IMG/VR virus record: IMGVR_UViG_2061766007_000951
DNA from: an uncultured virus (IMG/VR IMGVR_UViG_2061766007_000951)
Taxonomy: Duplodnaviria; Heunggongvirae; Uroviricota; Caudoviricetes
Reading direction: 5' to 3' (one strand)
DNA length: 64,000 nt
The notes beneath the pieces are model-generated. The model saw nothing but the letters and a program-made list of their open reading frames with translations. It was not told the DNA's origin and did no database searches. How positions within the stretch are numbered: position 1 is the stretch's first letter; every line of letters begins with the position of its first letter. A program made the translations under genes and the position numbers. This document shows, piece by piece, positions 38,926 to 48,126 of the stretch.

Positions 38926-39609
38926 TTAAATATTCTGGAGCAATTCAAGTTCCCTTGCTCTTGCTTCAGCCGTCAAAACTGCCTGACGCTCTTCTTCTGC
39001 CTTCTTTTCAGCTTCCAGTCGCTCCGCCTGAAGCTTCTCGATCAATCCGTCAGAGTAGCTTCTTGCCGAAATTGAAGTGTGGTCGTCTGCAGGAATTGAG
39101 ACAACCGAAACATCATACAGCTTTCTTATTTTGGTTATAGTGCGCAAAATTACGCGCTTTTCACCCTCTGTAAACTCTTCTGTCTTGTCATCTTCTACAA
39201 CAAAACGATAAGACATCTTTGTAAGGTAGCCGCCTTCGATTTCTTCATGAATCTTACGGCCTTCTTCTGTTCCTCCCAGGTAGGCATCTACATGCAGGCC
39301 CTTCTGCTCAATATTGAGCTTGAGAGTGTTATTTGAAAGGCGCGCAAAAACACGGCCCTCATGGTTCAGGTTAAAAATGACATCCGACATGTCGCACTCG
39401 TCGAAAGCATGAGAATCTACCTGCTCGCGAATCTCGTATTCAGTGCCGCCCCATTTTTCGCGGTAAAGCACAAAAGGCTGATTGAACATTGTAGAATAGC
39501 CGGAAACACGATATTCAGGCTTTTCTTTATCGTTCTGGATGGCGCGCAGCTCCATGTCGCGGTATTGCTGCCCGCTCTGAATTCTTTTTACAAGCTTTTC
39601 AATATCCAT
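38926..39609 (-). CDS. HK97-family prohead protease
   Basis: FNLNHEG, MSYRF, LYDVSVVSIPA. Confidence 0.92.
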   Translation of the reverse strand: MDIEKLVKRIQSGQQYRDMELRAIQNDKEKPEYRVSGYSTMFNQPFVLYREKWGGTEYEIREQVDSHAFDECDMSDVIFNLNHEGRVFARLSNNTLKLNIEQKGLHVDAYLGGTEEGRKIHEEIEGGYLTKMSYRFVVEDDKTEEFTEGEKRVILRTITKIRKLYDVSVVSIPADDHTSISARSYSDGLIEKLQAERLEAEKKAEEERQAVLTAEARARELELLQNI

Positions 39610-39612
39610 CTT

Positions 39613-40884
39613 TTACTCCTTTGTAATATTGTCAGTTGAGTTTGTTTTTGCATCGTCTATATTCTGCGCTGCAATCTTATCGACTGTCGAAAGATTAACA
39701 GGCATAAAGTGCTGGTCTCCCCATGCTTCTTCTGTGCGCGGCAAGTTTTCGCGCTCGAAAATCTGGTTTGGTGTATAAACACCGTTTGTAAGTCCTTTTG
39801 TGTACATTTCCATGCGGCTTTTGTAGTCTGCACGGAGCATTGTGTCCGTATCAAATTCTACATAGTGGTCATTTGCAAAAGGATAGGTTAAGAGACGGTC
39901 AAAATACTGCTGCAAGCGTACAACCCACGGACTTAATGTATGCTGCAGAAAGAAAGTGTTTGCCTGTTCCTGATTAGTAAACTTGCTGTCGTCTTTTCCA
40001 AGCATGTACAGAGGAACACGGAAAATCTTTGCAACTTCGCGCTCTGAATAGGTGCGGTTTTCTGCCAGCTGTGCATCTGCATTGCTCGAAAGGTCCAGAG
40101 CGCTTGCTTTCATGCCGTTGGCAACAATAAACGGATCATTTGCATGTTCGCGTCCGCCATAAGCTCCCAGGATGCGTTCTTTAAGCTTTTTGGCATCTTC
40201 TTCTTCAAACTTACGTTCGGTAGTTGGCACTTCTATCAAAAGCTTAGAGTGTACTCCGCCGTCAAAACTGTCGTTTGTGTATTCGTCAAGCGTAAGTCCA
40301 AGCTTTGCCGCATGGAAGGCATAGGCAAGAGGCGAAACACCCCTTATTGCGCCGTAGCGGTATGCCGGAATATGCAGGATATTTCCTACAACAGAGTTTC
40401 CTACCGGACGGTAGTTGTAAATAACGCCCTGAAAATTGTACTCGTAATAAACATCGCCGTTGTCATCAAAACAGATGCGAACACGTTCTGGAGGAAGAGG
40501 AGTGAGGCTTTTTGGGGAGCCGTCAGGGGTCCACGCAATAAAAATAAAAGCGTTTCCTTCCAGAAGAAGATCGGCGGTTATTGTTTCCTTAAAAGTAAAA
40601 GGCGCATCGTAGAAATTCGGACGTTTACGCAAAAGATACGAAAGGTTAGGGCGGTCATCTTTTACGCGCCCTTTTTCCGTCTTTTTGTATACGTTCATCG
40701 TCATCTGCGCAATGGAATCTGCAATGAGCATTACACAGGCAGAAACCGTTGTATTTTTCATCAGGTCCGCGCGGGACATATTAGGATAAAAAAGAAGGTT
40801 TCCGGTTGCCGCTCTTGGAATTGTTGGCAGTTTGTGATCTTCTTTTATACCTGCTTTTCGTATTTCTAAACCAAAAAATCTCAT
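39613..40884 (-). CDS. HK97-family portal protein
   Basis: LLLEGNAF, GVSPL, EVAKIFRVP. Confidence 0.95.
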   Translation of the reverse strand: MRFFGLEIRKAGIKEDHKLPTIPRAATGNLLFYPNMSRADLMKNTTVSACVMLIADSIAQMTMNVYKKTEKGRVKDDRPNLSYLLRKRPNFYDAPFTFKETITADLLLEGNAFIFIAWTPDGSPKSLTPLPPERVRICFDDNGDVYYEYNFQGVIYNYRPVGNSVVGNILHIPAYRYGAIRGVSPLAYAFHAAKLGLTLDEYTNDSFDGGVHSKLLIEVPTTERKFEEEDAKKLKERILGAYGGREHANDPFIVANGMKASALDLSSNADAQLAENRTYSEREVAKIFRVPLYMLGKDDSKFTNQEQANTFFLQHTLSPWVVRLQQYFDRLLTYPFANDHYVEFDTDTMLRADYKSRMEMYTKGLTNGVYTPNQIFERENLPRTEEAWGDQHFMPVNLSTVDKIAAQNIDDAKTNSTDNITKE

Positions 40885-40911
40885 TTTTATTTCCTTATAT
40901 AATTAAAAATG

Positions 40912-41367
40912 TCAGTTAAACTCAAATTCAAACTCAAGCTGCTGGTACGGTCGGGACCAGTTCAAGCCGTATTTATCAAGGATATATTCAAAATCCTGCA
41001 CGGAATGAGGCACTATATATTTTTTGATTTCTCCCTTTTCGTTTATCTCAATTCCTATGTGCATAAGCTCATGCAACATAAGGATTTTGAGCTGTTCGTC
41101 GTTCATTGCCTCGACATTAGGCGCATAAACAGTGATAACAAAGTCTGCATCAATGGCCCAGCGCTTACTGTCTGCAATTTTTTCGCAATCTGCATGAACT
41201 ATACCTGCAGCAGATTTTTTCTGCTTTGTAGATTCCAAAAATATGAGCTTGATTGTGCCGGCGTTCAAAAATCCTTTGAGATTATCTAAAAGAGGATGTT
41301 TTTCGATGATGTCTAAAGCTATTTCCTGGTATTTTTCTGAAACTGTTCTGACTTCCGGTATTTTCAT
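40912..41367 (-). CDS. Putative phage metallopeptidase (HExxH)
   Basis: LMLHELMHIG...PHSVQDF. Confidence 0.75.
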   Translation of the reverse strand: MKIPEVRTVSEKYQEIALDIIEKHPLLDNLKGFLNAGTIKLIFLESTKQKKSAAGIVHADCEKIADSKRWAIDADFVITVYAPNVEAMNDEQLKILMLHELMHIGIEINEKGEIKKYIVPHSVQDFEYILDKYGLNWSRPYQQLEFEFEFN

Positions 41368-41390
41368 ACTAAGAATGTCAGATAAAAAGA

Positions 41391-43070
41391 TTAAAAGAAC
41401 ATGTCATCAACAGATATGCTGCCTTTGGCTTCGTCTGCAAGGGCAACTTCAAGACGGTTGTTTGCCATAATACTTGTAATTACACCGTCTATGCGTTTGC
41501 TTGTCTTGTTTGTATCTGGTTTTATAGGCTTGATATTTCCGTTTGCATCCGGTTTTACAGTCGTACAGGAAACCATCCAAGCCATTACAGGATTGTTATC
41601 TATTATTTTGTTGTCTAAAATTGCCTGCTCCCATGCTTTTGAAGGCTCGCTCATTCCCACAATGGACTGCGAAAAGTCTACGCACATAAACTCTGCAGCA
41701 AGGTCCTGAATAAGAAATTCCGCAAGGTTGCGGTCGTAGGCAATTTCCTGAATGTCATACTTTTTGGCATCTTCGCGGATAATATTAAGCATGAATGAAA
41801 AATCCTGTGTCTCGCCTGGCGTTGCGGTTATATATCCCTGTTTTATCCATGAGCGGATGCGGTAGGAATCCTGCTTCATCTTTATGTCTATCTGACCTTC
41901 GGGAATAAAAAAGTAGTGCTTTGCATAGCGCTTGCCTTTTGGAAGCTCAAAATACCATGTTAAAACCGTGAAGTCGAGACGCTTTGACAAGTCTATGCCG
42001 CCCCAGCATCGCAAACCCTCAAGATTTTTTTCTGCATAACGATGTAAGCAGTGTGCCCAGGAGCGCTCGTTTATCCATACATCTGCAACATTGAGCCATT
42101 CGTTTAAGTTCTTTGTTCTGAATGATGTCTCGCTTGAGTTTGACAGCAAAGCTTCTCGAAAAGCAGTGTGCATGGCGTCAAGCTCTACGCTCACTCCAAG
42201 ATTTGGATTTGCTTTATACCAGTTGCGCTCGTTTTTCCAATCGTCGCCTTTGTCGAGCTCATAAATAATAGAAAAATACTCGTCATTCTCGTAGCCGTTA
42301 GCTTCTGAAAGCATTTTTTTGCACTTTTCGTATTCATCAAAACATGGCGCGTTGCGGTTGTTTCCGGCGGTTGTAATAATGAACATCAAAGGCTGCTGTC
42401 TTGCCCTCATACCTGTTTCTATTACATCCAGAAGCTCTGTAGTTTTATGCGCATGGTATTCGTCTATAATTGCGCAGGAAGGGTTGAGACCATCCAGCGT
42501 GTTTGAATCAGAAGCAAGAGGCTTCATAAAACCGTCTGCACAGGTGAGGGAATGAGCAAGAGGTTTAATGTATTTTTTTAAGTCTTGTGAATACTGGATT
42601 GTCTTTTTTGCATCTTCAAAAACAATTCGCGCCTGATCCTTTTTTGTTGCTGCAGAATAAACCTCGGCGCCTGGTTCGGTCAGAAGATCATAAAGTGAAA
42701 CGCCTGCAGCAAGAAAAGACTTGCCGTTTTTTCGGGCAATCTGGATATAACATCTTCTAAAGCGTCTTTTGTTGTTATCACGTCTGCGCCATCCGTAAAG
42801 ACTTGCAATTATAAACTGCTGCCATGGTTCCGGCTTGAGCTTCTGGCCCGCAAGTTTTCCTTTTGTGTGGACCAGCTGGGAAAAGAAGATAATGGCGGCC
42901 TGCGCTTTTTTATGGTCAAAATAATAAGGGAAGGTCCCTTCTTCGCTCGCCTTAATATCTTTTATATGTCGCTTTATGGCAAGCTTTACCATCTTACATG
43001 TAGGAATCCTTGAGTTTGAAACATCATTTATGTATTTAAGATAGGTAAACTTTATTTTTTCATCTGCCAT
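41391..43070 (-). CDS. terL: Terminase large subunit
   Basis: IARKNGKS, IIDEYH, GIDLS, KRIDG; start at MADEKIKF. Confidence 0.95.
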   Translation of the reverse strand: MADEKIKFTYLKYINDVSNSRIPTCKMVKLAIKRHIKDIKASEEGTFPYYFDHKKAQAAIIFFSQLVHTKGKLAGQKLKPEPWQQFIIASLYGWRRRDNNKRRFRRCYIQIARKNGKSFLAAGVSLYDLLTEPGAEVYSAATKKDQARIVFEDAKKTIQYSQDLKKYIKPLAHSLTCADGFMKPLASDSNTLDGLNPSCAIIDEYHAHKTTELLDVIETGMRARQQPLMFIITTAGNNRNAPCFDEYEKCKKMLSEANGYENDEYFSIIYELDKGDDWKNERNWYKANPNLGVSVELDAMHTAFREALLSNSSETSFRTKNLNEWLNVADVWINERSWAHCLHRYAEKNLEGLRCWGGIDLSKRLDFTVLTWYFELPKGKRYAKHYFFIPEGQIDIKMKQDSYRIRSWIKQGYITATPGETQDFSFMLNIIREDAKKYDIQEIAYDRNLAEFLIQDLAAEFMCVDFSQSIVGMSEPSKAWEQAILDNKIIDNNPVMAWMVSCTTVKPDANGNIKPIKPDTNKTSKRIDGVITSIMANNRLEVALADEAKGSISVDDMFF

Positions 43071-43077
43071 AATAAAA

Positions 43078-43910
43078 TCAAACAGCGGGCTTTTCTTCTG
43101 TTTCCTCATATTTTGGATAATCACACCAGGCAAGAACTTCATGCTCAATATAATCTCCAAATATATTAGACCATTGGCCATTTCCGTGGTCATAATAAGC
43201 AACCTGCCCATCGTCTATAATAACATCATCTGAATATTGACCTTTGAAAGGTGGAGGGTAGTCTCCCTGATTTTCTTTTAAGTTATGCCATCTGCCTTTA
43301 GATCCGGCAATATAAGCTTTTTCTATAAGCTCTATTACATGAGTAATATCTGTCGGCTCTGAAAGGTTGAGCTTTCTGCTCATTGCATAATCTTTGGCCT
43401 GTGCTTCAAGTTCTGTCATTTACCAATCTCCTTTAGTTATTTTTATTTCACACCTTGTTGNNNNNNNNNNCCGGTTATAATCTCGTCAGGGAGTCCTTCC
43501 TGGGCCTTCAGTTCTTCTAACTGTTTTACTTCCGGCTTGATTCTGTAATCCTCAACATCTGCAGAGAAGTCAGGATTATCCCAGTCCATCCAGTCCCCTG
43601 CACAATTAAACTGAATTGTCTTACCTTCATCCCGTGCCTTTTTTAATTCTTCCAACGTCATAAATTATCCTCCGTTCTCTATTCCAACCATTGCCTCTAT
43701 GGTCCCGTCTGGTATCCCGTTTTTGTATTTTTCGCGGATTTCCAATAAGCGTTCCTTTGTATTTTTGTAAGATTGCCCGCTGTATCTGCCGGTAGGCTTC
43801 CTTTTTACCCGATAATTACACGGCAAGGTTCCTTTGCGCAGCTGATAATAATACGAGCTTTTTGTCAATCCAAAATCTTTCCACGGTTCATGCCTTATTC
43901 TTTCGCTCAT
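43078..43910 (-). other. Small accessory ORFs (43078-43419, 43443-43661 gapped, 43665-43910 HTH-like)
   Basis: Two have counterparts at 32207-32897 in phage A. Confidence 0.55.
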
Positions 43911-43923
43911 AACAACCTCTGCA

Positions 43924-43944
43924 CCCCGCCCACACGGGGCGGGG
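43924..43944 (-). other. GC-rich hairpin downstream of VR2
   Basis: CCCCGCCC-ACACG-GGGCGGGG on + strand. Confidence 0.75.
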
Positions 43945-43964
43945 ATGCAAGCGCCGACAAGTCC

Positions 43965-44619
43965 CTAGCGGTCCTTGTCTCTGATTACGAAGCGGGGACG
44001 GACATAAAAGTACGCACCGCTCGCATAGCAGCAGGCCGCACCGCCGCCGTCGTCCACATAGGCGAAAAGAGAAACTCGACGCGTTATCATTATCAACTTC
44101 TTCAACATCAGAAAGCCAATACCATCGGCTGTATTCGTCATCACAAGCCAAACGGTGCTTTATTTCGTTGAACCACTCAAGCCCGTTATTTTCATCTGAA
44201 CCGCCGAAAATGTCAGCTTTTGACAAAATATCGCACTTTATCTTAAATTTTCCGGCAGCATCTTCATTCCAGTCAGAATCTATTTTGTAGATCTGGGCTT
44301 CAAACTGCGGCATAAACAGCTTCTTAAGATACTTCTTCAAAAGGCTGTTCTTAAAGCAAACTTCTTTTCCGTCCTTAAACGGAGCAATAGACATATTGAA
44401 CATTACGCTGTCAAATAAATACTGGCGCTCACCGTTTGCATTGTAGATGCAGTAAAGCTTTGTTTCCGGTGTTGTGAATTCAGGGATTTCAATTTCTTTG
44501 CCATTAAAAACCGTTTTTCCCCCCGGCAGCTTAAAGCTCGGAATAACTGCATAGTCTCCAACTTCTGCCGCCCATCTGAATAATTCTTTGAGTTCAACTC
44601 TTGTTTCATTAAAAATCAT
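43965..44619 (-). pseudogene. DGR target 2 of phage B, +1 frameshift at 5' edge of VR
   Basis: Ortholog of 33408-34025; VR 43993-44083 is 1 nt longer than TR; restored frame ends FAYVDDGGGAACCYASGAYFYVRPRFVIRDKDR*. Confidence 0.8.
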
Positions 44620-44632
44620 GGTTTTACCTCCT

Positions 44633-45103
44633 TTAACCATTTCCCATGAGTTCCTTAAGAAAATCGTTTGTGTCTTTTTCTTTAGGTTTTACGCGCATTC
44701 GTGTTCGTGCCTCTGGGGTCACGCCAAACTTCATCATTATTTTATGAAAGCGGTTCATGTGTTCCTTATAGACATCAAGCAGGTTCATCTGCTTTATCTT
44801 ATCAAGGTTCTGCAGATACTCGCCGTAGTTCTCGTAGGCGTTTACCTGTTCCAGGCAGTCCTGCGCAATGTCATAGCTTATAAAAGCATCTTTAAGAATT
44901 ACCGCATCCACAACCGACACAAGACCTGCCGCAAGCATTGCCGGAACTATCTCATTCCATTTTTCTGCAGCGCGTTTAGAAAGCGACACAGGAGCGGGGA
45001 GGGTCTCAAGCGGTTCAATGCTTATTCCCCGTCCGTCGTGCCTGGAAGGTTTGTAGGTCCCGTTGCTTTTGTGCTCTTCAACGCTTTTCGGCGGTCGTCC
45101 CAT
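44633..45103 (-). CDS. terS: Terminase small subunit (P27 family)
   Basis: MGRPPKS, FGVTPEARTRM. Confidence 0.9.
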   Translation of the reverse strand: MGRPPKSVEEHKSNGTYKPSRHDGRGISIEPLETLPAPVSLSKRAAEKWNEIVPAMLAAGLVSVVDAVILKDAFISYDIAQDCLEQVNAYENYGEYLQNLDKIKQMNLLDVYKEHMNRFHKIMMKFGVTPEARTRMRVKPKEKDTNDFLKELMGNG

Positions 45104-45106
45104 TTA

Positions 45107-45358
45107 TTACAAAATCTCCTTGATGGATTTTACCCATTCTCCAAATTGTTTTAGATCAAGATGCATTGTGTCGCCTCCGGTCATCTCGCCTTTCCACATA
45201 CAGAAGTTTGCCCCGAAAAAGAAATCATCCTCTTTCCCGACAACATAACCGACCAGATTATCGTGGGCTGTTCCCTGTTCTCCATCGTCTGTTTCAAAAG
45301 TGTATTCAAGCTCCAAAAGATACAGCTTGTTTTTTTTCAGTTCCTTAGTTCCATCCAT
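45107..45358 (-). CDS. Hypothetical protein
   Basis: GGAGG RBS; ortholog in phage A. Confidence 0.65.
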   Translation of the reverse strand: MDGTKELKKNKLYLLELEYTFETDDGEQGTAHDNLVGYVVGKEDDFFFGANFCMWKGEMTGGDTMHLDLKQFGEWVKSIKEIL

Positions 45359-45389
45359 TTTGTTTTCCTCCGTAAAATTCTGCCCCTAT

Positions 45390-45475
45390 CGTTTTTTTTC
45401 GCACGTGCACACAAAAAAGGGCGCGTGTTGGTGAACATGCGTGCGGTTAAAGTTTCTAACCCCCATCCCCCCTTT
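45390..45475. other. Putative cos region
   Basis: Between HNH and terS operon; flanks align to both ends of phage A, leaving GGCGCGTGTTG (45420-45430) unmatched. Confidence 0.6.
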
Positions 45476-45848
45476 TGCCATTTTTCCGATTAAAATTGTT
45501 GTTTTCCTTCATGGTTTTACGACTGTGGCAGCTTTGACACATGGGCTGCAGGTTGTTGTCATCATAAAATAAAGTCAAATCTCCACGGTGAGGGATGATA
45601 TGATCTGCAATAGTTGCAGGAGCCCCGCAAACAAAACAGCGCGGATACTTCTTAAGGAATTGCGCACGGCGTTTCCTCCATTCCTGTGATTCATACATAG
45701 AATGATACTGCCCGGATTTACCGCGTTGATTGAAAACCTTACGCTGTTGTCCCTGTAAAGAAATATGCTGCTTGCAGTAGTCTTTACCTGGTTCTGCTGC
45801 ACGGCCGCAACCTGCTTTCTTACAAACCTTTGTTTTCACTATTCCCAC
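45456..45848 (-). CDS. HNH endonuclease (terminase-associated)
   Basis: ADHIIPHRGD...NLQPMCQSCHSRKT. Confidence 0.9.
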   Translation of the reverse strand: MGIVKTKVCKKAGCGRAAEPGKDYCKQHISLQGQQRKVFNQRGKSGQYHSMYESQEWRKRRAQFLKKYPRCFVCGAPATIADHIIPHRGDLTLFYDDNNLQPMCQSCHSRKTMKENNNFNRKNGKRGDGG

Positions 45849-46043
45849 CTGCCATTGCTAAGAATGTCGATGCACGTATCTGTCATCCTCATACATCTTG
45901 CCTCGCTCTCTTCCAGTTCCTTTTCCAACCTGATAACAGTAAGCTTAAGATCTGATTCTGCATTGTGCTGTCTGATATATAATTGTGCTTCAATGAGCAA
46001 CACAATCAGAAGAACTGCAAGCTCAATCAGATGTACAAACCTG

Positions 46044-46709
46044 TCAATCATTTACAGCCTCTTTAAGAAGCTTGTTGATATATGCAACACCCTTTTGCAG
46101 TACAAGTGTCTTTAAGCTTATCTTTGTTTCTCCAGAGGGAATTACATATTTTGTTTCGATAACCCGAAAATATCCGGCATCAATATATTTCTGATACGGA
46201 ATATTATCCGGCTGTAATATCTTTTTATTGCGCAGCAGTTCAAAAAGCCTGTTGCGTCCTATGTTCCTGTTCAATACCTTTGCACAGTTGCCGATGTCTA
46301 TTGCATCCTTTGAGCTGCAGATCTGATAAGCAAAAGCGGCAGCCGGTTTTAGTTTCTCGACTTCCTTCTGTGCTTCTGTCAATCGCCTCTGCAGAATAGT
46401 GAAGGCCTGTGCAATCATCTGGTTTTCTTCCTGCTCGGTAGACACTTTGTCTATCTGTCTTGAAGAAAGATTGTGGTGCTTCTGTATTTCCTGTTTTATC
46501 TGTGTTGCCTGTGTTTCTGTAAACAGATAGCCACCCTGTTTGTTTCTTGAAAGTCCGCCCAGTACTGGTCGCAGTTCTTCCACAGCCCGCTTTACTGTAC
46601 TCTCTCCAACATCTAAAGCTTCTGCCAGCTCACTTGTAGACATGAAGCTTTCTTCACGCTGGATGTTTACATCGAGCGCCGTTTCTTCTGATAACATCAA
46701 ATCACTCAT
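46044..46709 (-). CDS. Phage antirepressor with KilAC-type C-terminal domain
   Basis: C-terminal half nearly identical to 382-1041; GGAGG RBS before MSDLML. Confidence 0.8.
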   Translation of the reverse strand: MSDLMLSEETALDVNIQREESFMSTSELAEALDVGESTVKRAVEELRPVLGGLSRNKQGGYLFTETQATQIKQEIQKHHNLSSRQIDKVSTEQEENQMIAQAFTILQRRLTEAQKEVEKLKPAAAFAYQICSSKDAIDIGNCAKVLNRNIGRNRLFELLRNKKILQPDNIPYQKYIDAGYFRVIETKYVIPSGETKISLKTLVLQKGVAYINKLLKEAVND

Positions 46710-47050
46710 CCTTTGCCTCCCTGATAATCTGTCTGATGTTGTAGAAATCTTGCCACCGCCATTTATTCTCGCGATAGTATTTCTTGCCATACTTTTTGTA
46801 TTTATCTGCATTTTTGCGGTAATAAGCTTTGCACTGTTCTTTGTGGGTCCTGTAGTATTCCTTCTGGTATTCCCGTCTTGTCATGCTTCTAACCCCTTGA
46901 CGATCTGAACAGATTCAACGCTTATCTTTTCAACGCCTTTTACATCAACAACAAGGCCCTCGTCGGTCACTACAACCTTTGCCTGGGCGTAGCCTTCATG
47001 ACACAAAAAGGTTAATTCATCGCACAGCTCCTGAACTGTCATACATCCTC

Positions 47051-47479
47051 CTAAAACGGTATTTCTTCGTTTCCGTCGAACATGTCATTTCCAACATCTG
47101 CAGGCGGTTCCATAGGCACATTGTCAGGCTGTTCTGAATGCTGTCCGTTGCCGGTTGGTGCAAGGGAAATTTCAGAAACTTTTACCACAACAGCAGACCG
47201 TTTGTTTCCCTGTTCATCCTGCCAGCGGTTCTGTTTAAGCCGCCCCGTAATCGTAAGATGCCGGCCTTTGAGCAGATACTTTGACATGCTCTCTGCATAA
47301 TTGCCTTTGACAATGCAGTCAATATAACTAGGGATGCTGTCGTACTTGCCTTCTGACGTCTTAAAATACTCATTGTTTGCAATAGTGAAACGTACATAAG
47401 GTGTACCGTCTCCCCATCTGGAAAGAACAGCAGAAGCTGTAAGGTTGCCCTCTAAAACAACCTGATTGATGTTTGCCAT
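47051..47479 (-). CDS. ssb: Single-stranded DNA-binding protein
   Basis: INQVVLEGNL...EEIPF. Confidence 0.92.
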   Translation of the reverse strand: MANINQVVLEGNLTASAVLSRWGDGTPYVRFTIANNEYFKTSEGKYDSIPSYIDCIVKGNYAESMSKYLLKGRHLTITGRLKQNRWQDEQGNKRSAVVVKVSEISLAPTGNGQHSEQPDNVPMEPPADVGNDMFDGNEEIPF

Positions 47480-48123
47480 TACTTCCTCCTGTGCTTCTTA
47501 ATCAAGGTGCGCAGCTCGTTTTCCATGTCGTTTGTCTCGCATGTAATAACGTATTTGTGCCCCGTAATTTCTACCTTCATGCCTTTGCAGAAGATAGTCT
47601 CTTTTTCCACCATTGATTTTTTTGCAAGACGCTTAATTTTATTTGCAGAATAGGTTTTGCAAACTTCTGGAATCTTTTCGCCATACTGTGCTTCTAAAGT
47701 CCTGACTGCCTGATACTGCAGAGAAACCCAGGAATCATCCTTGCCGAAAAGCTTTGCGATGACATTCTGCTTCATGTGGTATTTTTCTTTGAGCTCTTCA
47801 AATACGTCTACAAGCTCCTGTGCGCTCATGTTTTTGCGCTGCACATTTTCGGCCATCTGCATTAAAACAATGTCCTTTTCGGTTGCAAACTCTATGATCT
47901 GGCACTCAATATGCGGCAATCCAAGCCTTTTTACAGCTTCAAAGCGGCGATGCCCCGCAATGATTCTGTATTTACCACCCTCTACAGGCATTACCGTAAT
48001 CGGATTTATAAGCCCCTGTCTGTTGATGGAGTCTGCAAGCTCTTCAATTTCTTTGTCATGCTCATTTCTGATATTTTTTACAGACATGATTTTTGACACT
48101 TCCAAAACCTTAAGCATTTCCAC
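47479..48123 (-). CDS. ParB/Spo0J-like protein
   Basis: ELADSINRQGLINPITV..IIAGHRRFEA..ENVQRKNM. Confidence 0.85.
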   Translation of the reverse strand: MEMLKVLEVSKIMSVKNIRNEHDKEIEELADSINRQGLINPITVMPVEGGKYRIIAGHRRFEAVKRLGLPHIECQIIEFATEKDIVLMQMAENVQRKNMSAQELVDVFEELKEKYHMKQNVIAKLFGKDDSWVSLQYQAVRTLEAQYGEKIPEVCKTYSANKIKRLAKKSMVEKETIFCKGMKVEITGHKYVITCETNDMENELRTLIKKHRRK

Positions 48124-48126
48124 CTC

